In this document: positions 1 through 9,369 of the stretch, piece by piece
Layout: every line of letters starts with the position of its first letter
How positions within the stretch are numbered: the first letter of the stretch is position 1
Source of the DNA: Candidatus Andersenbacteria bacterium RIFCSPHIGHO2_02_FULL_45_11
Lineage (GTDB): Bacteria; Patescibacteriota; Andersenbacteria; UBA10190
Direction of reading: 5' to 3'
Assembly: GCA_001817055.1 (NCBI GenBank)
Contig: MHHP01000015.1
Coordinates: forward strand, 12,020 to 46,242
Length of the DNA: 34,223 nt
Notes under the pieces: model-generated
The model's input: the letters and a program-made list of their open reading frames with translations, nothing else
What the model was told of the DNA's origin: nothing
Databases searched by the model: none
Position numbers and translations under genes: made by a program

Positions 1-1786
1 AGAACTGCTGCGCGTAATGCAACGTCTGGGTGTGCCAGCCCGTTTAGAGGCAGGTGAGAACGTGTTTGATACTATCTGCATTCAACAAATGCTGCTATTG
101 CTTGCATATCTTGCGGATATGAAGCGGGAAGATATGTTGGCGGAGATTTTGCAATTTGATTGGCTCGCCATTCCCGCTCTTGATGTGCTGAAGGTGATTA
201 CGCATGCGGGTACTCATCATGAAAAGCTTCTGAATATGATTGGCGATGAAGTAGCGCTTACGGAAGTGGGTGTGAGTAATCCACTCCTCTTTATTTCTCT
301 GAAAGAAAACCTGGCACGGTGGAAGCACGACGCGGCGAATGTAACGTTGCAAGATTTTCTGCATCAGATATTTTCAGAATCCGGCTGGCTTGAGTATATT
401 TTGAAACAAGGAGACAAGCTGTCGTGCTTACAGAAAATGACGAGGCTTTTACAAGAAGCAAAGCAATTAAACGAGTCTAAGCATACTCTTACGATTACGG
501 AATTTATGCATCGGTTGCAGTTGCTTGCCGAACACGATGTGCCACTGGAAACGCAGGCATGGCAAACTGCACAAAATGCTGTGCATTTGATGACGGCGCA
601 CAAGGCAAAGGGGTTGGAGTTTGAACACGTAGTAATGACGCGGCTGAATAACAAGCACTGGGGGAATAATCCGGAGGTAGGCAAATTGCCCTTGCCGCAC
701 GGGTTTATTCGCCATGATTATATTGTTGCCGGAGAAAACAACGAAGATGAACGGCGCCTATTTTACGTTGCGTTAACCCGTGCAAAACAGACGCTATGGC
801 TCACCCGCGCAACGCATACTGCAACGGGAAGGCCTACGGTGCCATCATTATTTATGGCAGAGTTACCGTCTTCCTGTGTTTCCGTGCACGAACATATAGA
901 GGACGAAGCGCATATTGTGGAGCGTACGGTTACGGGGCTGGGGCCGCTACCGGCTGTACATCAAGACGATATTAGAGGATGGCTCAAGTTTTTACTCAAG
1001 GATCACGTGTTGAGCGTTACGCATATTAATAACTATTTGGAATGTCCGCGGAAGTTCTATATACGGAATGTACTGCGTGTGCCTACGGTGCGCACGCCTC
1101 ACCAAGCGTTAGGATCGGCCGTGCATGGAGCACTCGAATCTTTTTTTGTGGAATATGAACGAAGCAATGCAGTGCCATCTGTTGATGTGCTGACAGTTGC
1201 GTTTGATCGTTTTTTGCAACGTGAAGTGTTAACGCCGGAACAATCCCAGCATGCGCTCGATGTAGGGCGGGGCATCCTTGAAGAATATTATGCGCAGTAC
1301 CGCAATAGCTTTGCTCGTGATACAAAGCGGGAGTATAACTTTAGCAGCCATGGCATTACAGTAGATGGCATTCCGATTACGGGGCTGATTGATAAAATAG
1401 AGCTACTTGATGCATCTGATAAGCAAAAAAATGGCCTATGGCGCGAAGGTGCTGCTGTGAATATTGTAGACTACAAAACCGGCAGGCCAGAAAATGGACT
1501 CAAGAAAATTTCAAAAGGCGGAGACTATTACCGTCAGCTCGTGTTTTATAAACTGCTGTGCGACACGTCTCCGCGGTTTCCGTTCACATTTGCAACTGCA
1601 GAAATTGATTTTGTGCAAAAAAACGACAAGGGTGTCTTCATCAAAAAACAACTAACGATATCGGACGAGGAAGTTGCTGTATTGCGGCAAGAAATCAAAG
1701 ACGTATGGAGCAATATTCAAAACCTCGCATTTTTTGAAGACGGCGCCGGTTGTGGCAAATCTGATTGTGAGTACTGCGCGCACTAA
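1..1786 (+). CDS. UvrD/REP-family ATP-dependent DNA helicase with C-terminal PD-(D/E)XK nuclease domain (5'-truncated by window)
   Basis: SF1 motifs LMTAHKAKGLEF and EDERRLFYVALTRAK; RecB-like nuclease motifs GLIDKIE, IVDYKTG and QLVFY; the N-terminal Walker motifs are absent, so the gene starts upstream of the window. Confidence 0.9.
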   Translation, partial: ELLRVMQRLGVPARLEAGENVFDTICIQQMLLLLAYLADMKREDMLAEILQFDWLAIPALDVLKVITHAGTHHEKLLNMIGDEVALTEVGVSNPLLFISLKENLARWKHDAANVTLQDFLHQIFSESGWLEYILKQGDKLSCLQKMTRLLQEAKQLNESKHTLTITEFMHRLQLLAEHDVPLETQAWQTAQNAVHLMTAHKAKGLEFEHVVMTRLNNKHWGNNPEVGKLPLPHGFIRHDYIVAGENNEDERRLFYVALTRAKQTLWLTRATHTATGRPTVPSLFMAELPSSCVSVHEHIEDEAHIVERTVTGLGPLPAVHQDDIRGWLKFLLKDHVLSVTHINNYLECPRKFYIRNVLRVPTVRTPHQALGSAVHGALESFFVEYERSNAVPSVDVLTVAFDRFLQREVLTPEQSQHALDVGRGILEEYYAQYRNSFARDTKREYNFSSHGITVDGIPITGLIDKIELLDASDKQKNGLWREGAAVNIVDYKTGRPENGLKKISKGGDYYRQLVFYKLLCDTSPRFPFTFATAEIDFVQKNDKGVFIKKQLTISDEEVAVLRQEIKDVWSNIQNLAFFEDGAGCGKSDCEYCAH

Positions 1787-1788
1787 CT

Positions 1789-2337
1789 ATGTTTGATGTT
1801 ATTTGTGACCGAGATGGGGTTTTGAATGTAGATGTGGGATATGCTCATCGCATTGAAGATTTTGCTATTCCCGAAGGCGCTGTTGCAGGGCTTACGATAC
1901 TGCGAGATGCAGGAGCAAGGTTCTTCATTGTGACGGGCCAGTCTGGAATTGCACGAAGAATGTACGCCGAAGAGCAGATGCACGCGTTTAATCGGCATTT
2001 GCAGGAACAATATCGGCAGCATGGAATTGAATTTGCGGCTATCGCATTTTGTCCCCACTATCCTGCAGTTTCGGATTGCACATGTCGCAAACCAAAAACG
2101 GGCATGCTAGATCAGATTGAAGCCATGATTGGGCCGATTGATTGGGATTCTGCATGGGGTATTGGCGATAAGCACTCAGATTCTGAAATGATACTATCGA
2201 AAGGCGGACGTGCAGTGCTATTACCCGATACAAGGTATTGGAGTGAGAATGATCCAAAACTAGCGTCTCTTCTGAACAATCCGCGACACTTTGTTGCAAA
2301 CAATGTGCTGGAAGCTGCCCATTGTATTATCCCGTAA
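1789..2337 (+). CDS. gmhB: HAD-IIIA phosphatase, GmhB/HisB-N type (D,D-heptose 1,7-bisphosphate phosphatase-like)
   Basis: DRDGVLNVD motif I, TGQSGIAR, Zn site CPH...CTCRKPKTGM, GDKHSD. Confidence 0.8.
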   Translation: MFDVICDRDGVLNVDVGYAHRIEDFAIPEGAVAGLTILRDAGARFFIVTGQSGIARRMYAEEQMHAFNRHLQEQYRQHGIEFAAIAFCPHYPAVSDCTCRKPKTGMLDQIEAMIGPIDWDSAWGIGDKHSDSEMILSKGGRAVLLPDTRYWSENDPKLASLLNNPRHFVANNVLEAAHCIIP

Positions 2338-3922
2338 TGTGCCGCTGTGCCCACTGCCAATCGGCATGCACTTTTTTGCCGGGGTTAAAGATACCCTTTG
2401 GGTCGAAGATATGTTTTGTTTGTTCGAATACCGTCATTATTTCTGGGCCAAACATTTGAGGGAGTGCATGGCTTCGAATTAAGCCATCGTTGTGTTCGGC
2501 CGTAGATGAGCCATGGTACTGGAATACGAGATTGTGAACTTCTTGCATGACGTTCGGAATTTTATCTCGCTGTCGACGGTCTTTGAGATTCATGAGTGGA
2601 ATAATATGGAAGTTGCCGTCGCCAGCATGGCCCGCAATAGTATAGTTTAATTTGTGCCTCTCTAAAATACCTGCCAGTTTCGGTAAAAACTCGGGGAGAT
2701 GTTGGGGCAGAACGATAAAATCATCAATAAACGGAGCCGGCTTTTTTTCTTCATGGGCATGCCGAAGCAGGTTAAAGCTCTCTCGCCGTATGTGCCAGTA
2801 TTTTTCTCGGTCTTTGGCATTGCGCGCAATGCGGGAGCGAAGTGAATATTTTTCGAGCGCAGCCCGAGCTGCACGCAGCCGAGATGTAACTTCTCCCTGT
2901 GCACTGCCGGTGAATTCTGCAATAAGAACGAGTTTTGGTATGCCACCAATTAGGAGCATTCGAAATTCTGGTAAGAATTGGATTGCAAGGGAAGGGCTCC
3001 GAGGCATGATTTTGGTTGCCAGGAATAATGTGTGATCATCGTACGATTCTATGCTTTCTGGGCGATATTTTTTCAGGTCGTTAATGATGTCTCCAAGCCG
3101 TGCAAGGTCATCAAGGAATACGATGAGCATTTCTGCATGCTGCTGAGGCTGTATTAGGCGGAACGTAATATTCGTAGTAATCCCCAGTGTGCCCTGGGAT
3201 CCGCAAAAAAGCTTCGTAAGATCAAACCGCTTTCTATCCCATACATCCCATAATGCATATCCTGCTGAATTTTTAGAAACCTTAGGCCTTGCGGCATGAA
3301 TTACTTTGTAGTTTTTTTCCAACAGATCATATGTGGCTCGATATGCCTTTCCTAAGAATGTTTTTTCTTGCATTGCTTCTTTGAGCTCCGGTAGAGAGAG
3401 TGGGCGCAGTTCATATTCTTGTGCGTCTGCTAGTACCACACGGAGCGACTCAATATACTTCTCTGTTTTGCCGTATTGTAAATTTTTTTCTCCTCCCGCG
3501 TTATTATTCACCATACCACCTACGGTGCAGATGTTTTTTGATGCTGGGTACGATGGCATTAAAAGATTTTTTGCTGATGTTTTCTTTTCCATATCCTTAT
3601 AAAACGCACCAGGTTCAATCTCAAGCGAGTTTCCGTGAATTTCTCCTATCCTATTAATATGGGAGGCCATATCTACTACAACAGAATCTGTAAGCGCTCC
3701 GCCAGACATATCTGTGCCACCGCTTCGCACGGTGAGGGAGATGCCATCATTGCGTGTCGCGTATTTCACGATTGCTTGTACATCGTCAATGTTTAACGGA
3801 TGCACAACCGCCTTTGGGCGTACGGAAAAAATACTGGCATCGCGGCTTGCGTGTGTGAGCGATGCATCGTCCACGTCTACTTCTCCGTGGACGAGAGGTT
3901 GAAGGTCTTGTTTAATCGACAT
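2327..3922 (-). CDS. FAD-binding oxidoreductase (GlcD/D-lactate dehydrogenase-like FAD-linked oxidase)
   Basis: RSGGTDMSG, CTVGGMVNNNAGG, GSQGTLGI, GHAGDGNFH, AEHNDGL, FDPKGIFNPGK; start moved to ATG 3922 because the upstream extension runs through a repeat element. Confidence 0.88.
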   Translation of the reverse strand: MSIKQDLQPLVHGEVDVDDASLTHASRDASIFSVRPKAVVHPLNIDDVQAIVKYATRNDGISLTVRSGGTDMSGGALTDSVVVDMASHINRIGEIHGNSLEIEPGAFYKDMEKKTSAKNLLMPSYPASKNICTVGGMVNNNAGGEKNLQYGKTEKYIESLRVVLADAQEYELRPLSLPELKEAMQEKTFLGKAYRATYDLLEKNYKVIHAARPKVSKNSAGYALWDVWDRKRFDLTKLFCGSQGTLGITTNITFRLIQPQQHAEMLIVFLDDLARLGDIINDLKKYRPESIESYDDHTLFLATKIMPRSPSLAIQFLPEFRMLLIGGIPKLVLIAEFTGSAQGEVTSRLRAARAALEKYSLRSRIARNAKDREKYWHIRRESFNLLRHAHEEKKPAPFIDDFIVLPQHLPEFLPKLAGILERHKLNYTIAGHAGDGNFHIIPLMNLKDRRQRDKIPNVMQEVHNLVFQYHGSSTAEHNDGLIRSHALPQMFGPEIMTVFEQTKHIFDPKGIFNPGKKVHADWQWAQRHITG

Positions 3923-3951
3923 TGCGTAAAGTATAGCACGTCGCGAACGCG

Positions 3952-4092
3952 CTCCCTTCTCCCGTTTTGGGAGAAGGTTAGCTCCGCCTTTGAGCGGAGC
4001 GCGGATGAGGGGAACGTAGTCGCAACGTCGACCCCTCACCCCCTTGCCTAACAACGTAGGCAAGGCACCCTCTCCCAGAATTGGGAGAGGGG
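3952..4092. repeat. REP-like palindromic doublet (CCCTCACCC...CCCTCTCCC-loop-GGGAGAGGG family), two oppositely oriented units, each with an extra internal hairpin
   Basis: Hairpins ccttctccc-gtttt-gggagaagg, gctccgc..gcggagc, ccttgccta..taggcaagg and ccctctccca..tgggagaggg; related element at 25801-25892. Confidence 0.75.
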
Positions 4093-4132
4093 AACGTTTG
4101 TTCTGTGGAATCTATTGAGTTATGATGGAGGT

Positions 4133-4609
4133 ATGAAAAACTCACTCTCTATAATAGGCGGAATTATTATTATCGTTGCAGTTGCATGGTTTGCCATGCG
4201 AGGGGATAGCGACGATGCTATCGTACCTGCGCCCACAGCAACACCAACTGTTGCACCGTCTGTAGGCGGACTTATTCAATTAGCGCCAACAGATATTCCG
4301 GCAGTTTCTCCATCGCCTGAAGCGTCTGTTGCGCCGGCGGCTGTTACGGTTTCAATCGATGACGAAGGATTTACACCGGCAACAGTGACAGTAAAAGCTG
4401 GAACAACGGTTACATTTGTTAATAACGGACAGGCACTTCACTGGCCAGCGTCTAACCCGCATCCAATCCATACCGGCCTTTCCGGATTCGATGCACGCAA
4501 AGGCTTGGCAACAGGTGAAACATTTTCGTTCACGTTCACAAAAGCCGGCACGTTCGGCATGCATGATCATTTAAATACAGCCCTCGTAGGTACAATCGTC
4601 GTACAATAA
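4133..4609 (+). CDS. Membrane-anchored cupredoxin (plastocyanin/azurin-fold) domain protein
   Basis: N-terminal TM helix, Pro/Thr/Ala linker, then GFTPATVTVKAGTTVTFVN...H...GETFSFTFTKAGTFGMHDHL...GTIVVQ. Confidence 0.8.
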   Translation: MKNSLSIIGGIIIIVAVAWFAMRGDSDDAIVPAPTATPTVAPSVGGLIQLAPTDIPAVSPSPEASVAPAAVTVSIDDEGFTPATVTVKAGTTVTFVNNGQALHWPASNPHPIHTGLSGFDARKGLATGETFSFTFTKAGTFGMHDHLNTALVGTIVVQ

Positions 4610-4618
4610 AATCGTTTC

Positions 4619-4627
4619 TGCTATACT
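4619..4627 (+). promoter_or_regulatory. Extended -10 promoter (TGcTATACT) of the pilus operon, 7 nt before pilB ATG
   Basis: Consensus match; the same geometry recurs before six other genes. Confidence 0.6.
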
Positions 4628-4634
4628 GAAGGGC

Positions 4635-6365
4635 ATGGTTGATCGCATCAGCGAAACTATCCTTCAAACATTAGTTGCATCGGGCGAACTTGCGCTTGCT
4701 GATAGTACTGCAGTCCGCGAGCAAATCGATACAGGGAAGGGCGCAATTTATTCATTGCTTGTTACGGGAAGTAAGGTAACGGAGGAGCAATATACTAAAG
4801 CATATGCTGCCGCGCTTGGCATGCCATATATTGATGTGCGCGATAAGCAGATTGAATCCAAGGTTCTCGATATTATTCCTGAATCAACTGCACGCGAACA
4901 TATGATTATTGCCTATGAGCAGACGGATGAAGTGGTGAAGCTTGCCATGGCAAACCCCAACGATCGGCAGATTGTGGAGTTTATTCACAAGAAGGTGGAT
5001 AAGCCGGTAGAGGTTGCGCTTGCAAGTGTTACCAGTATCCGCGAAACACTGGCGAAATATGAAGGAACTCTGGAGGCAGATTTGCAACAAGTTATAGATG
5101 AAGCGAAGAAGGCGAATGAGGAAGGAAAAGATTTGTCGAAGGCTGCAGAGGATTTGCCGATCATTAAGATCGCCGACTCTATTTTGAGGCATGCAATTTT
5201 AAAGGGCTCGTCTGATATTCACATTGAACCTACGGAAGAAAAAGTGGTGGTGCGGTACCGGATCGACGGAATTTTGCACGATATGATGGTGTTGCCGAAG
5301 ACCGTGCTTGCGGGCGTTGTAGCGCGTATAAAAATATTGAGTAATTTAAAGATTGACGAACACAGGTTGCCACAAGATGGCCGATTTAAATTAGAGAGCG
5401 ATGACTATAATGTCGCATTTCGTGTTTCTACGTTACCCGTGTTTGATGGAGAAAAGATTGTCATGCGTTTGTTGGACGAATCGGGTAAGGGGGTGAGCTT
5501 AGATAATGTGGGCATGGACGAGAAAAGCTTGAAGATGTTCCGTGACAATATTGCAAAGCCAAATGGGATGATACTCGTTACGGGGCCTACCGGATCTGGT
5601 AAAACAACCACGCTATATTCTGCAATGCGGGAGTTAAATACTTCGGAAGTAAATATTAGTACAATTGAAGACCCTATTGAATATCGCATGCAGCGAGTGA
5701 ATCAAACGCAAGTGCAGCCGAAAATTGGACTTACATTTTCTAATGGATTGCGGGCGCTGGTGCGGCAAGATCCGGATATTATTATGGTAGGTGAAATCCG
5801 TGACGAAGAAACTGCGTCGCTTGCCGTGAACGCAGCACTTACCGGGCACTTGGTACTGTCGACGTTGCATACAAATAGCGCCGCAGGCGCGGTGCCGCGG
5901 CTTATGGATATGAAGGTGGAGCCGTTCTTAATTGCGTCTACGTTGAACCTGGTGATGGCACAGCGCTTGGTACGTAAGCTTTGTGAATCGTGTCGTACTC
6001 AAGTACCGATTGACCAGGCAATGATGGACAGTATTGCGGATATTGTGAAGCTTGATCGGATGCTTGAAGTGCTCAAGCAGCAGGAGGTTATTGCAAAAGA
6101 TGCAGATTGGAAAGGCGTGCAAATGTTTGCTGCGCCCGGGTGTATAAAGTGTCATAATGGGTACAAAGGAAGAATGGGAATTTATGAAATGTTTGAGATG
6201 ACTCCTAGCATGCAACGGCTGTTATCTGCTACTATTACCACAGACGCGCTTGAAACTGCTGCAAAGAAAGAGCAGGGGATGGTAACGATGCTTGAGGATG
6301 GAGTGGTAAAAGTTGTGCGTGGGCTTACGAACATAGAAGAAGTTCTTCGAGTAGCAAAAGAATAA
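4635..6365 (+). CDS. pilB: Type IV pilus assembly ATPase PilB (GspE/PulE family)
   Basis: SDIHIEP, RLPQDGRF, Walker A GPTGSGKT, TIEDPIE, RQDPDIIMVGEIRD, His box LSTLHTN, tetracysteine CESC/CIKC. Confidence 0.95.
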   Translation: MVDRISETILQTLVASGELALADSTAVREQIDTGKGAIYSLLVTGSKVTEEQYTKAYAAALGMPYIDVRDKQIESKVLDIIPESTAREHMIIAYEQTDEVVKLAMANPNDRQIVEFIHKKVDKPVEVALASVTSIRETLAKYEGTLEADLQQVIDEAKKANEEGKDLSKAAEDLPIIKIADSILRHAILKGSSDIHIEPTEEKVVVRYRIDGILHDMMVLPKTVLAGVVARIKILSNLKIDEHRLPQDGRFKLESDDYNVAFRVSTLPVFDGEKIVMRLLDESGKGVSLDNVGMDEKSLKMFRDNIAKPNGMILVTGPTGSGKTTTLYSAMRELNTSEVNISTIEDPIEYRMQRVNQTQVQPKIGLTFSNGLRALVRQDPDIIMVGEIRDEETASLAVNAALTGHLVLSTLHTNSAAGAVPRLMDMKVEPFLIASTLNLVMAQRLVRKLCESCRTQVPIDQAMMDSIADIVKLDRMLEVLKQQEVIAKDADWKGVQMFAAPGCIKCHNGYKGRMGIYEMFEMTPSMQRLLSATITTDALETAAKKEQGMVTMLEDGVVKVVRGLTNIEEVLRVAKE

Positions 6366-6366
6366 T

Positions 6367-7581
6367 ATGCCAACATATACATTTACAGGAAGGAACGAAC
6401 AGACAGGCGCACTTGTTACGGGTACGCGTGAAGTGGCATCGCATGCCGTGTTGGGGCAAGACTTGTTAGGCGAAGGCGTGTTGCTTACATCGTTTGAAGC
6501 GAAAAAGGAGCGTAATCATGCGTCGGTTATGAGTTTTTTTGTATCGCGAGTACCCGTACTGGAACGGGTATTGTTTGCGCGATACTTTGCATTAATGTTG
6601 CGTGCGGGTCTTGATTTAAAAAGTTCTCTTGCAACACTTCAGAAACAAACAAAAAATGGTGCACTGTCTCACGCCATAACACAAGTGTACCAAGGAGTGG
6701 AGCGAGGGCAATCGCTTGCAGATAGTATGCGTCCGTATCCGTACGCCTTCCCTGATATGTTTGTAGGGTTTATTGGCGTAGGAGAAACAACAGGAAAGCT
6801 GCAAGAAACATTAGAAGTGTTGGCGGCTCAATTACAAAAGGAATTCGAATTGAAGCGCGCAGTTCGAGGTGGAATGTTGTATCCGATTGTTATTTTAGCT
6901 GCACTATTTGCAGTGGGGGTTGCTATGATGGTATTTGTTGTGCCTAAGCTGGTTGAGATTTTTGAAGGATTTGATGTTGAGTTGCCCCTCATGACACGCG
7001 TGTTAATCGGTACAAGTAAATTTTTATCGGAATATTGGTATGTGGTGCTTGTGCTTGTGCTCATTTGCGCAAGCGTTGCGTGGTGGCTGATGCGAATCCC
7101 CAAAGTAAAAAAAGCGGTGATGGGTGCATTACTATTGTTCCCTATTGTGGGCCCGATTATAAAAGATGTAAACGTTGCGCGATTTGCCCGGAACTTAAGT
7201 TCGCTCTTATCGAGCGGCGTTGCATTTGCCGAAGCACTTTCTATTTTGGGGAACAACACGCCACACCCTATATATGCGCAGGTGTTTCATGAAGCTGAGG
7301 GGTATGTAAAGCAAGGTAAATCCTTAAGTGAATTTTTTGGGAAACAAGAAAAATTGTTTCCGCCCCTTGTAGTGAATATTATGGGAGTTGGTGAGCAAAC
7401 CGGAGAACTGTCTGCGGTGCTTCAGGAAGTTGCTTCCTTTTACGAGGGAGAAGTTGATCAAACAATGAAAAACCTTACGTCTATTATGGAGCCTGTGCTT
7501 ATGATTGCCATCGGGCTTGCGGTAGGTGCGCTTGCAATCTCTGTGATCTCACCTATTTACGGACTTGTAAATGTTATCTAA
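6367..7581 (+). CDS. pilC: Type IV pilus platform protein PilC (GspF family)
   Basis: Two GspF domains (GETTGKL, GEQTGEL), YP and EP motifs, three TM segments, directly after pilB. Confidence 0.93.
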   Translation: MPTYTFTGRNEQTGALVTGTREVASHAVLGQDLLGEGVLLTSFEAKKERNHASVMSFFVSRVPVLERVLFARYFALMLRAGLDLKSSLATLQKQTKNGALSHAITQVYQGVERGQSLADSMRPYPYAFPDMFVGFIGVGETTGKLQETLEVLAAQLQKEFELKRAVRGGMLYPIVILAALFAVGVAMMVFVVPKLVEIFEGFDVELPLMTRVLIGTSKFLSEYWYVVLVLVLICASVAWWLMRIPKVKKAVMGALLLFPIVGPIIKDVNVARFARNLSSLLSSGVAFAEALSILGNNTPHPIYAQVFHEAEGYVKQGKSLSEFFGKQEKLFPPLVVNIMGVGEQTGELSAVLQEVASFYEGEVDQTMKNLTSIMEPVLMIAIGLAVGALAISVISPIYGLVNVI

Positions 7582-8890
7582 AGGCTTCGGTATTCTCGAA
7601 GTAGTAATTACAACATTTGTTATTGGTGTTGTGGCGGTTGGGGTATTTTCGCTGATTACGCTTACGCTCAAATCTTCTCACGATGGTCAGCGGCGAATTA
7701 TTGCAACGGCACTTGCAAATGAAACAATGGAAAAGATTCGTAATTTGCCGTACGACAATGTGGGTACAGTTGGCGGGGTGCCTTCCGGGCCCATTGTGCA
7801 AAGTCAACAGGTTACTAGAAATGGCAGTGAGTATACTATTGCAACGGATATTCGGTACATTGATGATCCGTACGACGGTACGGCTGAGGGCAATCCCCCT
7901 GATGCGCTGAATACGGACTATAAACAAGCCCGCGTAGAAGTTTCGTGGCAATCAAATGTGTCTGCACGCCCCGTGTTATTAATCACACAGATTACACCCA
8001 AGGGTATTGAGGGGGGAAGTTCTTTAGGTACGCTTGTATTTCAAGCGTTGAATGCTGCAGGTGCCGGGGTAGCAGGGGCAACAGTTCATCTCTCAAACTC
8101 CGAAGTGAGTCCACTTGTCGACCTTACTACCGCAACAAACGACGAAGGAAGGGTTGTGATTCCTGGATTGCTCGCAGCAAGTGGCACGTACCAACTCACA
8201 GTTTCGAAAGCAGGGCATACTACAGAGCAAACATATACTCCTGCTGGTGTTTTTACCCCAGATACGGACCATTCCCATCTAACTGCAATTGCAGGGCAAG
8301 TGATAAATAAAACATTTTCACTTGATGCAGTAGCGTCTCTTGTAGTGCAAACGGTAGATGCGCTTACTAGTGCGCCTATCCCAGATGTTGCATATCGTAT
8401 AACAGGAACAAAAAAGATTGGTACCGATGAAAATGCGCAGCCGGTGTATGTGCTGGATGCAAATGATACAACGGATAGCAGTGGATCTCATGAGTATCAA
8501 AGTATGGTATGGGATTCGTATGCAATTTCGATAGACGGTACTGTTACTGGGTATGATATTGAAGATACAAGCCTGCCGTTGCCGCTCGTGATAAATCCGG
8601 GCGCAGAGGAAACGGTACTAATGAAGCTCGCTGCGCATACGCCGTTATCGTTGCATGTCACCGTTCTACCTTCCTCTCAAGAGCCAATCGAAAACGCATC
8701 GGTACATGTTACAAAAAGTGGATATGACGAAACGAAGCAAACAACTGTTAATGGGCAAGCGTTTTTTGCTGATATGCCTGAAAATTCTGAGTATACGATA
8801 ACGGTTGATGCGGCGGGCTATCAGCAATCAGTCCAACAAGTAACAGTCGATGGAACTGTGCGTACTCAAGTAACATTAGTAGCACTATGA
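7571..8890 (+). CDS. Minor pilin (PilV-like, set 1) with C-terminal beta-sandwich/carboxypeptidase-regulatory-like domains
   Basis: Class III signal KG|FGILE plus hydrophobic helix; LANETMEKIRNLPY; repeated GATVHL/NASVHV...YxxTVxxAG(H/Y) patterns. Confidence 0.8.
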   Translation: MLSKGFGILEVVITTFVIGVVAVGVFSLITLTLKSSHDGQRRIIATALANETMEKIRNLPYDNVGTVGGVPSGPIVQSQQVTRNGSEYTIATDIRYIDDPYDGTAEGNPPDALNTDYKQARVEVSWQSNVSARPVLLITQITPKGIEGGSSLGTLVFQALNAAGAGVAGATVHLSNSEVSPLVDLTTATNDEGRVVIPGLLAASGTYQLTVSKAGHTTEQTYTPAGVFTPDTDHSHLTAIAGQVINKTFSLDAVASLVVQTVDALTSAPIPDVAYRITGTKKIGTDENAQPVYVLDANDTTDSSGSHEYQSMVWDSYAISIDGTVTGYDIEDTSLPLPLVINPGAEETVLMKLAAHTPLSLHVTVLPSSQEPIENASVHVTKSGYDETKQTTVNGQAFFADMPENSEYTITVDAAGYQQSVQQVTVDGTVRTQVTLVAL

Positions 8891-9369
8891 GAGGTTTTAC
8901 GCTGATTGAAATTCTTGTTGCAATTAGTATCTCCAGTATTATTCTTGTCGCACTTGTGCGGCTTATGGGTATATCTATTCCAGTGTATCGTTCATTATTT
9001 TTACAAACGCTTGCGGATGATACGGCTCGAGTGCAGTTGAAGAGAATTGCGCATCAGCTTCGAGAAGCTCGCCCTTCTGATACAGGAGCGTATCCTATAG
9101 TGGAAGCAACGGCGCAAAAACTCATATTTTATGCAGATATTGACGGCGACATAGCCACGGAACGAGTGCGCTATGAACTCGTGGGTACGGATTTAGTGCG
9201 AGGAGTTATTGAGCCATCGGGCAATCCCATTGTGTATGACGTAGTGGGCGAAGTTTCTTCAATTGTTGCACGCTCTATATACAATGGCTCAACTCCACTT
9301 TTTACGTACTACGGAAGCAATTACCCCACAGATCCGAATCCGCTTATATTGCCCACCCCCACCCCATGA
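8887..9369 (+). CDS. Minor pilin (PilW/PulJ-like, set 1), C-terminally truncated
   Basis: MRG|FTLIEIL prepilin motif; FYADIDGD...ERVRY...LFTYY parallels 13797..15998 but stops at LPTPTP. Confidence 0.8.
   Translation: MRGFTLIEILVAISISSIILVALVRLMGISIPVYRSLFLQTLADDTARVQLKRIAHQLREARPSDTGAYPIVEATAQKLIFYADIDGDIATERVRYELVGTDLVRGVIEPSGNPIVYDVVGEVSSIVARSIYNGSTPLFTYYGSNYPTDPNPLILPTPTP

Noticed and set aside
1000-1786. Cas4-like nuclease as a sign of CRISPR-Cas
   Set aside because: It is the C-terminal domain of a UvrD-family helicase; no array or cas operon in the window.
3923-4063. 47-aa N-terminal extension of the FAD oxidase in the ORF track
   Set aside because: It is read-through of the REP-like element; a -10 box sits just before ATG 3922.
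4635-7581. Type II secretion system
   Set aside because: PilM/N/O-type genes and adhesin-bearing pilins are present and no secretin or GspC is seen; type IV pilus fits better.
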